Positions 1 to 13,241 are shown, counted from the stretch's first letter. The stretch is 64,000 nt of DNA from Bugula neritina (GCA_964035545.1 OZ037768.1:11316741-11380740), one strand, 5' to 3'. Notes: generated by a model from the sequence alone, not told the origin. Made by a program: numbers and translations.

Positions 1-410
1 CGTCACATTCGTGTGACTTTCAGGATGTGTGCTGTAGCTTTGATTGAGATGAGTTTTGAAAGCATTTGCACATGTATATCAGGCAATTTAATTTTGGAAT
101 TATTTCAACACTGCATTAGAGTTGATTAAATAAAATATTATTCTTGAGAAAGTCTTAAACAATTCTTTTTTGGAATTTGTGAAGCCATGCATCAGAAGAA
201 ATTCAAAAAGAATTTCAAAAATAAAAATATGTAATAAAAAGCAAGAATGATATAATATAATATTATTTTTTGGAAAGGAATGTTGAATATTCCATTTGAG
301 TTATTGTGTTGAAAAACATTTCACATCAGCAAGTTGGAAGAAATATTATTCAAGTAACTGATCATAATATTACTATTGCGTGTTGCTAATGTTTTTGTGT
401 TTGAGGAGAG

Positions 411-425
411 AAAAAAGAAAAAAAA
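411..425 (-). terminator. Pol III double oligo-T terminator (T8-C-T6), repeated after every 5S copy
   Basis: + strand AAAAAAGAAAAAAAA directly abutting the 5S 3' end. Confidence 0.9.
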
Positions 426-543
426 GTCTACAGCACCTGGTATTCCCAGGCGGTCACCCATCCAAGTACTAACCAGGCTCGACGTTGCTTAGCTTCAGTG
501 ATCGGACGAGAACTGGCGTTTTCAACGTGATATGGCCGTAGAC
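424..543 (-). rRNA. 5S rRNA copy 1 (consensus type)
   Basis: Reverse complement GTCTACGGCCATATCACGTTGAAAACGCCAGTTCTCGTCCGATCACTGAAGCTAAGCAACGTCGAGCCTGGTTAGTACTTGGATGGGTGACCGCCTGGGAATACCAGGTGCTGTAGACTT. It has box A (AGCTAAGC), box C (TTGGATGGGTGACCG), paired ends and a T-run terminator. Confidence 0.98.
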
Positions 544-1212
544 AACAGTGCACCCTTCGCAGCGATACTGGCTGAAGAATTAGCGGGGCGCGCTCGAGCG
601 TGCAAGCACGTTGGTGATGCAGTGGCTGCAGTGCGCATTGCCTACTCACACTCTGCAGGTCACAACACCAGTCATGATATTATTATAGCTTAATGCACAG
701 CAAAGGTTTAAAATAAGCAGGCCTGAGAGGGGGCAAGACGAGAGTCGCGACACCACGGCACACAACTGGAGAGTTGCGCAAAATCTCCGCGTCACATTCG
801 TGTGACTTTCAGGATGTGTGCTGTAGCTTTGATTGAGATGAGTTTTGAAAGCATTTGCACATGTATATCAGGCAATTTAATTTTGGAATTATTTCAACAC
901 TGCATTAGAGTTGATTAAATAAAATATTATTCTTGAGAAAGTCTTAAACAATTCTTTTTTGGAATTTGTGAAGCCATGCATCAGAAGAAATTCAAAAAGA
1001 ATTTCAAAAATAAAAATATGTAATAAAAAACAAGAATGATATAATATAATATTATTTTTTGGAAAGGAATGTTGAATATTCCATTTGAGTTATTGTGTTG
1101 AAAAACATTTCACATCAGCAAGTTGGAAGAAATATTATTCAAGTAACTGATCATAATATTACTATTGCGTGTTGCTAATGTTTTTGTGTTTGAGGAGAGA
1201 AAAAAGAAAAAA

Positions 1213-1332
1213 AAGTCTACAGCACCTGGTATTCCCAGGCGGTCACCCATCCAAGTACTAACCAGGCTCGACGTTGCTTAGCTTCAGTGATCGGACGAGA
1301 ACTGGCGTTTTCAACGTGATATGGCCGTAGAC
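1213..1332 (-). rRNA. 5S rRNA copy 2
   Basis: Same sequence as copy 1. Confidence 0.97.
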
Positions 1333-2001
1333 AACAGTGCACCCTTCGCAGCGATACTGGCTGAAGAATTAGCGGGGCGCGCTCGAGCGTGCAAGCACGT
1401 TGGTGATGCAGTGGCTGCAGTGCGCATTGCCTACTCACACTCTGCAGGTCACAACACCAGTCATGATATTATTATAGCTTAATGCACAGCAAAGGTTTAA
1501 AATAAGCAGGCCTGAGAGGGGGCAAGACGAGAGTCGCGACATCACGGCACACAACTGGAGAGTTGCGCAAAATCTCCGCGTCACATTCGTGTGACTTTCA
1601 GGATGTGTGCTGTAGCATTGATTGAGATGAGTTTTGAAAGCATTTGCACATGTATATCAGGCAATTTAATTTTGGAATTATTTCAACACTGCATTAGAGT
1701 TGATTAAATAAAATATTATTCTTGAGAAAGTCTTAAACAATTCTTTTTTGGAATTTGTGAAGCCATGCATCAGAAGAAATTCAAAAAGAATTTCAAAAAT
1801 AAAAATATGTAATAAAAAGCAAGAATGATATAATATAATATTATTTTTTGGAAAGGAATGTTGAATATTCCATTTGAGTTAGTGTGTTGAAAAACATTTC
1901 ACATCAGCAAGTTGGAAGAAATATTATTCAAGTAACTGATCATAATATTACTATTGCGTGTTGCTAATGTTTTTGTGTTTGAGGAGAGAAAAAAGAAAAA
2001 A

Positions 2002-2121
2002 AAGTCTACAGCACCTGGTATTCCCAGGCGGTCACCCATCCAAGTACTAACCAGGCTCGACGTTGCTTAGCTTCAGTGATCGGACGAGAACTGGCGTTTT
2101 CAACGTGATATGGCCGTAGAC
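2002..2121 (-). rRNA. 5S rRNA copy 3
   Basis: Same sequence as copy 1. Confidence 0.97.
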
Positions 2122-2790
2122 AACAGTGCACCCTTCGCAGCGATACTGGCTGAAGAATTAGCGGGGCGCGCTCGAGCGTGCAAGCACGTTGGTGATGCAG
2201 TGGCTGCAGTGCGCATTGCCTACTCACACTCTGCAGGTCACAACACCAGTCATGATATTATTATAGCTTAATGCACAGCAAAGGTTTAAAATAAGCAGGC
2301 CTGAGAGGGGGCAAGACGAGAGTCGCGACACCACGGCACACAACTGCAGAGTTGCGCGAAATCTCCGCGTCACATTCGTGTGACTTTCAGGATGTGTGCT
2401 GTAGCATTAATTGAGATGAGTTTTGAAAGCATTTGCACATGTATATCAGGCAATTTAATTTTGGAATTATTTCAACACTGCATTAGAGTTGATTAAATAA
2501 AATATTATTCTTGAGAAAGTCTTAAACAATTCTTTTTTGGAATTTGTGAAGCCATGCATCAGAAGAAATTCAAAAAGAATTTCAAAAATAAAATTATGTA
2601 ATAAAAAGCAAGAATGATATAATATAGTATTATTTTTTGGAAAGGAATGTTGAATATTCCATTTGAGTTAGTGTGTTGAAAAACATTTCACATCAGCAAG
2701 TTGGAAGAAATATTATTCAAGTAACTGATCATAATATTACTATTGCGTGTTGCCAATGTTTTTGTGTTTGAGGAGAGAAAAAAGAAAAAA

Positions 2791-2910
2791 AAGTCTACAG
2801 CACCTGGTATTCCCAGGCGGTCACTCATCCAAGTACTAACCAGGCTCGACGTTGCTTAGCTTCAGTGATCGGACGAGAACTGGCGTTTTCAACGTGATAT
2901 GGCCGTAGAC
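2791..2910 (-). rRNA. 5S rRNA copy 4 (G86A, box C)
   Basis: + strand TCACTCATCC instead of TCACCCATCC. Confidence 0.95.
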
Positions 2911-3579
2911 AACAGTGCACCCTTCGCAGCGATACTGGCTGAAGAATTAGCGAGGCGCGCTCGAGCGTGCAAGCACGTTGGTGATGCAGTGGCTGCAGTG
3001 CGCATTGCCTACTCACGCTCTGCAGGTCACAACAGCAGTCATGATATTATTATAGCTTAATGCACAGCAAAGGTTTAAAATAAGCAGGCCTGAGAGGGGT
3101 GCAAGACGAGAGTCGCGACACCACGGCACACAACTGGAGAGTTGCGCGAAATCTCCGCGTCACATTCGTGTGACTTTCAGGATGTGTGCTGTAGCATTGA
3201 TTGAGATGAGTTTTGAAAGCATTTGCACATGTATATCAGGCAATTTAATTTTGGAATTATTTCAACACTGCATTAGAGTTGATTAAATAAAATATTATTC
3301 TTGAGAAAGTCTTAAACAATTCTTTTTTGGAATTTGTGAAGCCATGCATCAGAAGAAATTCAAAAAAAATTTCAAAAATAAAAATATGTAATAAAAACAA
3401 GAATGATATAATGAAGTATTATTTTTTGGAAAGGAATGTTGAATATTCCATTTGAGTTAGTGTGTTGAAAAACATTTCACATCAGCAAGTTGGAAGAAAT
3501 ATTATTCAAGTAACTGATCATAATATTACTATTGCGTGTTGCCAATGTTTTTGTGTTTGAGGACAGAAAAAAGAAAAAA

Positions 3580-3699
3580 AAGTCTACAGCACCTGGTATT
3601 CCCAGGCGGTCACCCATCCAAGTACTAACCAGGCTTGACGTTGCTTAGCTTCAGTGATCGGACGAGAACTGGCGTTTTCAACGTGATATGGCCGTAGAC
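3580..3699 (-). rRNA. 5S rRNA copy 5 (G64A)
   Basis: + strand AGGCTTGACG instead of AGGCTCGACG. Confidence 0.95.
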
Positions 3700-4368
3700 A
3701 ACAGTGCACCCTTCGCAGCGATACTGGCTGAAGAATTAGCGGGGCGCGCTCGAGCGTGCAAGCACGTTGGTGATGCAGTGGCTGCAGTGCGCATTGCCTA
3801 CTCACACTCTGCAGGTCACAACACCAGTCATGATATTATTATAGCTTAATGCACAGCAATGGTTTAAAATAAGCAGGTCTGAGAGGGGTGCAAGACGAGA
3901 GTCGCGACACCACCGCACACAACTGGAGAGTTGCGCGAAATCTCCGCGTCACATTCGTGTGACTTTCAGGTTGTGTGCTGTAGCATTAATTGAGATGAGT
4001 TTTGAAAGCATTTGCACATGTATATCAGGCAATTTAATTTTGGAATTATTTCAACACTGCATTAGAGTTGATTAAATAAAATATTATTCTTGAGAAAGTC
4101 TTAAACAATTCTTTTTTGGAATTTGTGAAGCCATGCATCAGAAGAAATTCAAAAAAAATTTCAAAAATAAAAATGTGTAATAAAAACAAGAATGATATAA
4201 TATAGTATTATTTTTTGGAAAGGAATGTTGAATATTCCATTTGAGTTAGTGTGTTGAAAAACATTTCACATCAGCGAGTTGGAAGAATTATTATTCAAGT
4301 AACTGATCATAATATTACTATTGCGTGTTGCTAATGTTTTTGTGTTTGAGGAGAGAAAAAAGAAAAAA

Positions 4369-4488
4369 AAGTCTACAGCACCTGGTATTCCCAGGCGGTC
4401 ACCCATCCAAGTACTAACCAGGCTCGACGTTGCTTAGCTTCAGTGATCGGACGAGAACTGGCGTTTTCAACGTGATATGGCCGTAGAC
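4369..4488 (-). rRNA. 5S rRNA copy 6
   Basis: Same sequence as copy 1. Confidence 0.97.
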
Positions 4489-5157
4489 AACAGTGCACCC
4501 TTCGCAGCGATACTGGCTGAAGAATTAGCGGGGCGCGCTCGAGCGTGCAAGCACGTTGGTGATGCAGTGGCTGCAGTGCGCATTGCCTACTCACACTCTG
4601 CAGGTCACAACACCAGTCATGATATTATTATAGCTTAATGCACAGCAAAGGTTTAAAATAAGCAGGCCTGAGAGGGGGCAAGACGAGAGTCGCGACACCA
4701 CGGCACACAACTGGAGAGTTGCGCAAAATCTCCGCGTCACATTCGTGTGACTTTCAGGATGTGTGCTGTAGCATTGATTGAGATGAGTTTTGAAAGCATT
4801 TGCACATGTATATCAGGCAATTTAATTTTGGAATTATTTCAACACTGCATTAGAGTTGATTAAATAAAATATTATTCTTGAGAAAGTCTTAAACAATTCT
4901 TTTTTGGAATTTGTGAAGCCATGCATCAGAAGAAATTCAAAAAGAATTTCAAAAATAAAAATATGTAATAAAAAGCAAGAATGATATAATATAATATTAT
5001 TTTTTGGAAAGGAATGTTGAATATTCCATTTGAGTTATTGTGTTGAAAAACATTTCACATCAGCAAGTTGGAAGAAATATTATTCAAGTAACTGATCATA
5101 ATATTACTATTGCGTGTTGCTAATGTTTTTGTGTTTGAGGAGAGAAAAAAGAAAAAA

Positions 5158-5277
5158 AAGTCTACAGCACCTGGTATTCCCAGGCGGTCACCCATCCAAG
5201 TACTAACCAGGCTCGACGTTGCTTAGCTTCAGTGATCGGACGAGAACTGGCGTTTTCAACGTGATATGGCCGTAGAC
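5158..5277 (-). rRNA. 5S rRNA copy 7
   Basis: Same sequence as copy 1. Confidence 0.97.
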
Positions 5278-5946
5278 AACAGTGCACCCTTCGCAGCGAT
5301 ACTGGCTGAAGAATTAGCGGGGCGCGCTCGAGCGTGCAAGCACGTTGGTGATGCAGTGGCTGCAGTGCGCATTGCCTACTCACACTCTGCAGGTCACAAC
5401 ACCAGTCATGATATTATTATAGCTTAATGCACAGCAAAGGTTTAAAATAAGCAGGCCTGAGAGGGGGCAAGACGAGAGTCGCGACACCACGGCACACAAC
5501 TGGAGAGTTGCGCAAAATCTCCGCGTCACATTCGTGTGACTTTCAGGATGTGTGCTGTAGCATTGATTGAGATGAGTTTTGAAAGCATTTGCACATGTAT
5601 ATCAGGCAATTTAATTTTGGAATTATTTCAACACTGCATTAGAGTTGATTAAATAAAATATTATTCTTGAGAAAGTCTTAAACAATTCTTTTTTGGAATT
5701 TGTGAAGCCATGCATCAGAAGAAATTCAAAAAGATTTTCAAAAATAAAAATATGTAATAAAAAGCAAGAATGATATAATATAATATAATTTTTTGGAAAG
5801 GAATGTTGAATATTCCATTTGAGTTAGTGTGTTGAAAAACATTTCACATCAGCAAGTTGGAAGAAATATTATTCGAGTAACTGATCATAATATTACTATT
5901 GCGTGTTGCTAATGTTTTTGTGTTTGAGGAGAGAAAAAAGAAAAAA

Positions 5947-6066
5947 AAGTCTACAGCACCTGGTATTCCCAGGCGGTCACCCATCCAAGTACTAACCAGG
6001 CTCGACGTTGCTTAGCTTCAGTGATCGGACGAGAACTGGCGTTTTCAACGTGATATGGCCGTAGAC
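5947..6066 (-). rRNA. 5S rRNA copy 8
   Basis: Same sequence as copy 1. Confidence 0.97.
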
Positions 6067-6735
6067 AACAGTGCACCCTTCGCAGCGATACTGGCTGAAG
6101 AATTAGCGGGGCGCGCTCGAGCGTGCAAGCACGTTGGTGATGCAGTGGCTGCAGTGCGCATTGCCTACTCACACTCTGCAGGTCACAACACCAGTCATGA
6201 TATTATTATAGCTTAATGCACAGCAATGGTTTAAAATAAGCAGGTCTGAGAGGGGTGCAAGACGAGAGTCGCGACACCACCGCACACAACTGGAGAGTTG
6301 CGCGAAATCTCCGCGTCACATTCGTGTGACTTTCAGGTTGTGTGCTGTAGCATTAATTGAGATGAGTTTTGAAAGCATTTGCACATGTATATCAGGCAAT
6401 TTAATTTTGGAATTATTTCAACACTGCATTAGAGTTGATTAAATAAAATATTATTCTTGAGAAAGTCTTAAACAATTCTTTTTTGGAATTTGTGAAGCCA
6501 TGCATCAGAAGAAATTCAAAAAAAATTTCAAAAATAAAAATGTGTAATAAAAACAAGAATGATATAATATAGTATTATTTTTTGGAAAGGAATGTTGAAT
6601 ATTCCATTTGAGTTAGTGTGTTGAAAAACATTTCACATCAGCGAGTTGGAAGAATTATTATTCAAGTAACTGATCATAATATTACTATTGCGTGTTGCTA
6701 ATGTTTTTGTGTTTGAGGAGAGAAAAAAGAAAAAA

Positions 6736-6855
6736 AAGTCTACAGCACCTGGTATTCCCAGGCGGTCACCCATCCAAGTACTAACCAGGCTCGACGTTGC
6801 TTAGCTTCAGTGATCGGACGAGAACTGGCGTTTTCAACGTGATATGGCCGTAGAC
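6736..6855 (-). rRNA. 5S rRNA copy 9
   Basis: Same sequence as copy 1. Confidence 0.97.
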
Positions 6856-7524
6856 AACAGTGCACCCTTCGCAGCGATACTGGCTGAAGAATTAGCGGGG
6901 CGCGCTCGAGCGTGCAAGCACGTTGGTGATGCAGTGGCTGCAGTGCGCATTGCCTACTCACACTCTGCAGGTCACAACACCAGTCATGATATTATTATAG
7001 CTTAATGCACAGCAAAGGTTTAAAATAAGCAGGCCTGAGAGGGGGCAAGACGAGAGTCGCGACACCACGGCACACAACTGGAGAGTTGCGCAAAATCTCC
7101 GCGTCACATTCGTGTGACTTTCAGGATGTGTGCTGTAGCATTGATTGAGATGAGTTTTGAAAGCATTTGCACATGTATATCAGGCAATTTAATTTTGGAA
7201 TTATTTCAACACTGCATTAGAGTTGATTAAATAAAATATTATTCTTGAGAAAGTCTTAAACAATTCTTTTTTGGAATTTGTGAAGCCATGCATCAGAAGA
7301 AATTCAAAAAGAATTTCAAAAATAAAAATATGTAATAAAAAGCAAGAATGATATAATATAATATTATTTTTTGGAAAGGAATGTTGAATATTCCATTTGA
7401 GTTATTGTGTTGAAAAACATTTCACATCAGCAAGTTGGAAGAAATATTATTCAAGTAACTGATCATAATATTACTATTGCGTGTTGCTAATGTTTTTGTG
7501 TTTGAGGAGAGAAAAAAGAAAAAA

Positions 7525-7644
7525 AAGTCTACAGCACCTGGTATTCCCAGGCGGTCACCCATCCAAGTACTAACCAGGCTCGACGTTGCTTAGCTTCAGT
7601 GATCGGACGAGAACTGGCGTTTTCAACGTGATATGGCCGTAGAC
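7525..7644 (-). rRNA. 5S rRNA copy 10
   Basis: Same sequence as copy 1. Confidence 0.97.
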
Positions 7645-8313
7645 AACAGTGCACCCTTCGCAGCGATACTGGCTGAAGAATTAGCGGGGCGCGCTCGAGC
7701 GTGCAAGCACGTTGGTGATGCAGTGGCTGCAGTGCGCATTGCCTACTCACACTCTGCAGGTCACAACACCAGTCATGATATTATTATAGCTTAATGCACA
7801 GCAAAGGTTTAAAATAAGCAGGCCTGAGAGGGGGCAAGACGAGAGTCGCGACACCACGGCACACAACTGGAGAGTTGCGCAAAATCTCCGCGTCACATTC
7901 GTGTGACTTTCAGGATGTGTGCTGTAGCATTGATTGAGATGAGTTTTGAAAGCATTTGCACATGTATATCAGGCAATTTAATTTTGGAATTATTTCAACA
8001 CTGCATTAGAGTTGATTAAATAAAATATTATTCTTGAGAAAGTCTTAAACAATTCTTTTTTGGAATTTGTGAAGCCATGCATCAGAAGAAATTCAAAAAG
8101 ATTTTCAAAAATAAAAATATGTAATAAAAAGCAAGAATGATATAATATAATATAATTTTTTGGAAAGGAATGTTGAATATTCCATTTGAGTTAGTGTGTT
8201 GAAAAACATTTCACATCAGCAAGTTGGAAGAAATATTATTCGAGTAACTGATCATAATATTACTATTGCGTGTTGCTAATGTTTTTGTGTTTGAGGAGAG
8301 AAAAAAGAAAAAA

Positions 8314-8433
8314 AAGTCTACAGCACCTGGTATTCCCAGGCGGTCACCCATCCAAGTACTAACCAGGCTCGACGTTGCTTAGCTTCAGTGATCGGACGAG
8401 AACTGGCGTTTTCAACGTGATATGGCCGTAGAC
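8314..8433 (-). rRNA. 5S rRNA copy 11
   Basis: Same sequence as copy 1. Confidence 0.97.
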
Positions 8434-9102
8434 AACAGTGCACCCTTCGCAGCGATACTGGCTGAAGAATTAGCGGGGCGCGCTCGAGCGTGCAAGCACG
8501 TTGGTGATGCAGTGGCTGCAGTGCGCATTGCCTACTCACACTCTGCAGGTCACAACACCAGTCATGATATTATTATAGCTTAATGCACAGCAAAGGTTTA
8601 AAATAAGCAGGCCTGAGAGGGGGCAAGACGAGAGTCGCGACACCACGGCACACAACTGGAGAGTTGCGCAAAATCTCCGCGTCACATTCGTGTGACTTTC
8701 AGGATGTGTGCTGTAGCATTGATTGAGATGAGTTTTGAAAGCATTTGCACATGTATATCAGGCAATTTAATTTTGGAATTATTTCAACACTGCATTAGAG
8801 TTGATTAAATAAAATATTATTCTTGAGAAAGTCTTAAACAATTCTTTTTTGGAATTTGTGAAGCCATGCATCAGAAGAAATTCAAAAAGAATTTCAAAAA
8901 GCAAAATATGTAATAAAAAGCAAGAATGATATAATATAATATTATTTTTTGGAAAGGAATGTTGAATATTCCATTTGAGTTATTGTGTTGAAAAACATTT
9001 CACATCAGCAAGTTGGAAGAAATATTGTTCAAGTAACTGATCATAATATTACTATTGCGTGTTGCTAATGTTTTTGTGTTTGAGGAGAGAAAAAAGAAAA
9101 AA

Positions 9103-9222
9103 AAGTCTACAGCACCTGGTATTCCCAGGCGGTCACCCATCCAAGTACTAACCAGGCTCGACGTTGCTTAGCTTCAGTGATCGGACGAGAACTGGCGTTT
9201 TCAACGTGATATGGCCGTAGAC
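9103..9222 (-). rRNA. 5S rRNA copy 12
   Basis: Same sequence as copy 1. Confidence 0.97.
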
Positions 9223-9891
9223 AACAGTGCACCCTTCGCAGCGATACTGGCTGAAGAATTAGCGGGGCGCGCTCGAGCGTGCAAGCACGTTGGTGATGCA
9301 GTGGCTGCAGTGCGCATTGCCTACTCACACTCTGCAGGTCACAACACCAGTCATGATATTATTATAGCTTAATGCACAGCAAAGGTTTAAAATAAGCAGG
9401 CCTGAGAGGGGGCAAGACGAGAGTCGCGACACCACGGCACACAACTGGAGAGTTGCGCAAAATCTCCGCGTCACATTCGTGTGATTTTCAGGATGTGTGC
9501 TGTAGCATTGATTGAGATGAGTTTTGAAAGCATTTGCACATGTATATCAGGCAATTTAATTTTGGAATTATTTCAACACTGCATTAGAGTTGATTAAATA
9601 AAATATTATTCTTGAGAATGTCTTAAACAATTCTTTTTTGGAATTTGTGAAGCCATGCATCGGAAGAAATTCAAAAAGAAGTTCAAAAATACAAACATGT
9701 AATAAAAAGCAAGAATGATATAATATAATATTATTTTTTGGAAAGGAATGTTAAATATTCCATTTGAGTTAGTGTGTTGAAAAACATTTCACATCAGCAA
9801 GTTGGAAGAAATATTAATCAAGTAACTGATCATAATATTACTATTGCGTGTTGCCAATGTTTTTGTGTTTGAGGAGAGAAAAAAGAAAAAA

Positions 9892-10011
9892 AAGTCTACA
9901 GCACCTGGTATTCCCAGGCGGTCACCCATCCAAGTACTAACCAGGCTCGACGTTGCTTAGCTTCAGTGATCGGACGAGAACTGGCGTTTTCAACGTGATA
10001 TGGCCGTAGAC
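9892..10011 (-). rRNA. 5S rRNA copy 13
   Basis: Same sequence as copy 1. Confidence 0.97.
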
Positions 10012-10679
10012 AACAGTGCACCCTTCGCAGCGATACTGGCTGAAGAATTAGCGGGGCGCGCTCGAGCGTGCAAGCACGTTGGTGATGCAGTGGCTGCAGT
10101 GCGCATTGCCTACTCACGCTCTGCAGGTCACAACACCAGTCATGATATTATTATAGCTTAATGCACAGCAAAGGTTTAAAATAAGCAGGCCTGAGAGGGG
10201 GCAAGACGAGAGTCGCGACACCACGGCACACAACTGGAGAGTTGCGCGAAATCTCCGCGTCACATTCGTGTGACTTTCAGGATGTGTGCTGTAGCTTTAA
10301 TTGAGATGAGTTTTGAAAGCATTTGCACATGTATATCAGGCAATTTAATTTTGGAATTATTTCAACACTGCATTAGAGTTGATTAAATAAAATATTATTC
10401 TTGAGAAAGTCTTAAACAATTCTTTTTTGGAATTTGTGAAGCCATGCATCAGAAGAAATTCAAAAAGAATTTCAAAAATAAAAATATGTAATAAAAACAA
10501 GAATGATATAATATAGTATTATTTTTTGGAAAGGAATGTTGAATATTCCATTTGAGTTAGTGTGTTGAAAAACATTTCACATCAGCAAGTTGGAAGAAAT
10601 ATTATTCAAGTAACTGATCATAATATTACTATTGCGTGTTGCCAATGTTTTTGTGTTTGAGGAGAGAAAAAAGAAAAAA

Positions 10680-10799
10680 AAGTCTACAGCACCTGGTATT
10701 CCCAGGCGGTCACCCATCCAAGTACTAACCAGGCTCGACGTTGCTTAGCTTCAGTGATCGGACGAGAACTGGCGTTTTCAACGTGATATGGCCGTAGAC
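10680..10799 (-). rRNA. 5S rRNA copy 14
   Basis: Same sequence as copy 1. Confidence 0.97.
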
Positions 10800-11030
10800 A
10801 ACAGTGCACCCTTCGCAGCGATACTGGCTGAAGAATTAGCGGGGCGCGCTCGATCGTGCAAGCACGTTGGTGATGCAGTGGCTGCAGTGCGCATTGCCTA
10901 CTCACACTCTGCAGGTCACAACACCAGTCATGATATTATTATAGCTTAATGCACAGCAAAGGTTTAAAATAAGCAGGCCTGAGAGGGGTGCAAGACGAGA
11001 GTCGCGACACCACGGCACACAACTGGAGAG

Positions 11031-11227
11031 TTAGCGAGGCGCGCTCGAGCGTGCAAGCACGTTGGTGATGCAGTGGCTGCAGTGCGCATTGCCTACTCAC
11101 ACTCTGCAGGTCACAACACCAGTCATGATATTATTATAGCTTAATGCACAGCAAAGGTTTAAAATAAGCAGGCCTGAGAGGGGTGCAAGACGAGAGTCGC
11201 GACACCACGGCACACAACTGCAGAGTT
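11031..11227. repeat. Extra ~197-bp copy of the GC-rich upstream spacer (gene-less partial unit)
   Basis: The period between copies 14 and 15 is 985 instead of ~789. The junction ...GGAGAGTT|AGCGAGGCGCG... restarts the spacer. Confidence 0.9.
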
Positions 11228-11664
11228 GCGCGAAATCTCCGCGTCACATTCGTGTGACTTTCAGGATGTGTGCTGTAGCATTAATTGAGATGAGTTTTGA
11301 AAGCATTTGCACATGTATATCAGGCAATTTAATTTTGGAATTATTTCAACACTGCATTAGAGTTGATTAAATAAAATATTATTCTTGAGAAAGTCTTAAA
11401 CAATTCTTTTTTGGAATTTGTGAAGCCATGCATCAGAAGAAATTCAAAAAGAATTTCAAAAATAAAATTATGTAATAAAAAGCAAGAATGATATAATATA
11501 GTATTATTTTTTGGAAAGGAATGTTGAATATTCCATTTGAGTTAGTGTGTTGAAAAACATTTCACATCAGCAAGTTGGAAGAAATATTATTCAAGTAACT
11601 GATCATAATATTACTATTGCGTGTTGCCAATGTTTTTGTGTTTGAGGAGAGAAAAAAGAAAAAA

Positions 11665-11784
11665 AAGTCTACAGCACCTGGTATTCCCAGGCGGTCACTC
11701 ATCCAAGTACTAACCAGGCTCGACGTTGCTTAGCTTCAGTGATCGGACGAGAACTGGCGTTTTCAACGTGATATGGCCGTAGAC
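11665..11784 (-). rRNA. 5S rRNA copy 15 (G86A)
   Basis: Same variant as copy 4. Confidence 0.95.
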
Positions 11785-12452
11785 AACAGTGCACCCTTCG
11801 CAGCGATACTGGCTGAAGAATTAGCGAGGCGCGCTCGAGCGTGCAAGCACGTTGGTGATGCAGTGGCTGCAGTGCGCATTGCCTACTCACGCTCTGCAGG
11901 TCACAACAGCAGTCATGATATTATTATAGCTTAATGCACAGCAAAGGTTTAAAATAAGCAGGCCTGAGAGGGGGCAAGACGAGAGTCGCGACACCACGGC
12001 ACACAACTGGAGAGTTGCGCGAAATCTCCGCGTCACATTCGTGTGACTTTCAGGATGTGTGCTGTAGCATTGATTGAGATGAGTTTTGAAAGCATTTGCA
12101 CATGTATATCAGGCAATTTAATTTTGGAATTATTTCAACACTGCATTAGAGTTGATTAAATAAAATATTATTCTTGAGAAAGTCTTAAACAATTCTTTTT
12201 TGGAATTTGTGAAGCCATGCATCAGAAGAAATTCAAAAAAAATTTCAAAAATAAAAATATGTAATAAAAACAAGAATGATATAATGAAGTATTATTTTTT
12301 GGAAAGGAATGTTGAATATTCCATTTGAGTTAGTGTGTTGAAAAACATTTCACATCAGCAAGTTGGAAGAAATATTATTCAAGTAACTGATCATAATATT
12401 ACTATTGCGTGTTGCCAATGTTTTTGTGTTTGAGGACAGAAAAAAGAAAAAA

Positions 12453-12572
12453 AAGTCTACAGCACCTGGTATTCCCAGGCGGTCACCCATCCAAGTACTA
12501 ACCAGGCTTGACGTTGCTTAGCTTCAGTGATCGGACGAGAACTGGCGTTTTCAACGTGATATGGCCGTAGAC
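12453..12572 (-). rRNA. 5S rRNA copy 16 (G64A)
   Basis: + strand AGGCTTGACG. Confidence 0.95.
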
Positions 12573-13241
12573 AACAGTGCACCCTTCGCAGCGATACTGG
12601 CTGAAGAATTAGCGGGGCGCGCTCGAGCGTGCAAGCACGTTGGTGATGCAGTGGCTGCAGTGCGCATTGCCTACTCACACTCTGCAGGTCACAACACCAG
12701 TCATGATATTATTATAGCTTAATGCACAGCAATGGTTTAAAATAAGCAGGTCTGAGAGGGGTGCAAGACGAGAGTCGCGACACCACCGCACACAACTGGA
12801 GAGTTGCGCGAAATCTCCGCGTCACATTCGTGTGACTTTCAGGTTGTGTGCTGTAGCATTAATTGAGATGAGTTTTGAAAGCATTTGCACATGTATATCA
12901 GGCAATTTAATTTTGGAATTATTTCAACACTGCATTAGAGTTGATTAAATAAAATATTATTCTTGAGAAAGTCTTAAACAATTCTTTTTTGGAATTTGTG
13001 AAGCCATGCATCAGAAGAAATTCAAAAAAAATTTCAAAAATAAAAATGTGTAATAAAAACAAGAATGATATAATATAGTATTATTTTTTGGAAAGGAATG
13101 TTGAATATTCCATTTGAGTTAGTGTGTTGAAAAACATTTCACATCAGCGAGTTGGAAGAATTATTATTCAAGTAACTGATCATAATATTACTATTGCGTG
13201 TTGCTAATGTTTTTGTGTTTGAGGACAGAAAAAAGAAAAAA

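Noticed and set aside
544-1212. A recognisable U1, U2, U5, U6, tRNA or bona fide SL RNA gene in the spacer
   Set aside because: I found no ATACTTACCTG, U2 5' end, U5 loop GCCTTTTAC, ACAGAGA box or cloverleaf on either strand. The SL1-like 705-727 stretch has no splice donor and lies ~150 nt from the Sm-like site, so it is kept only as a weak finding.
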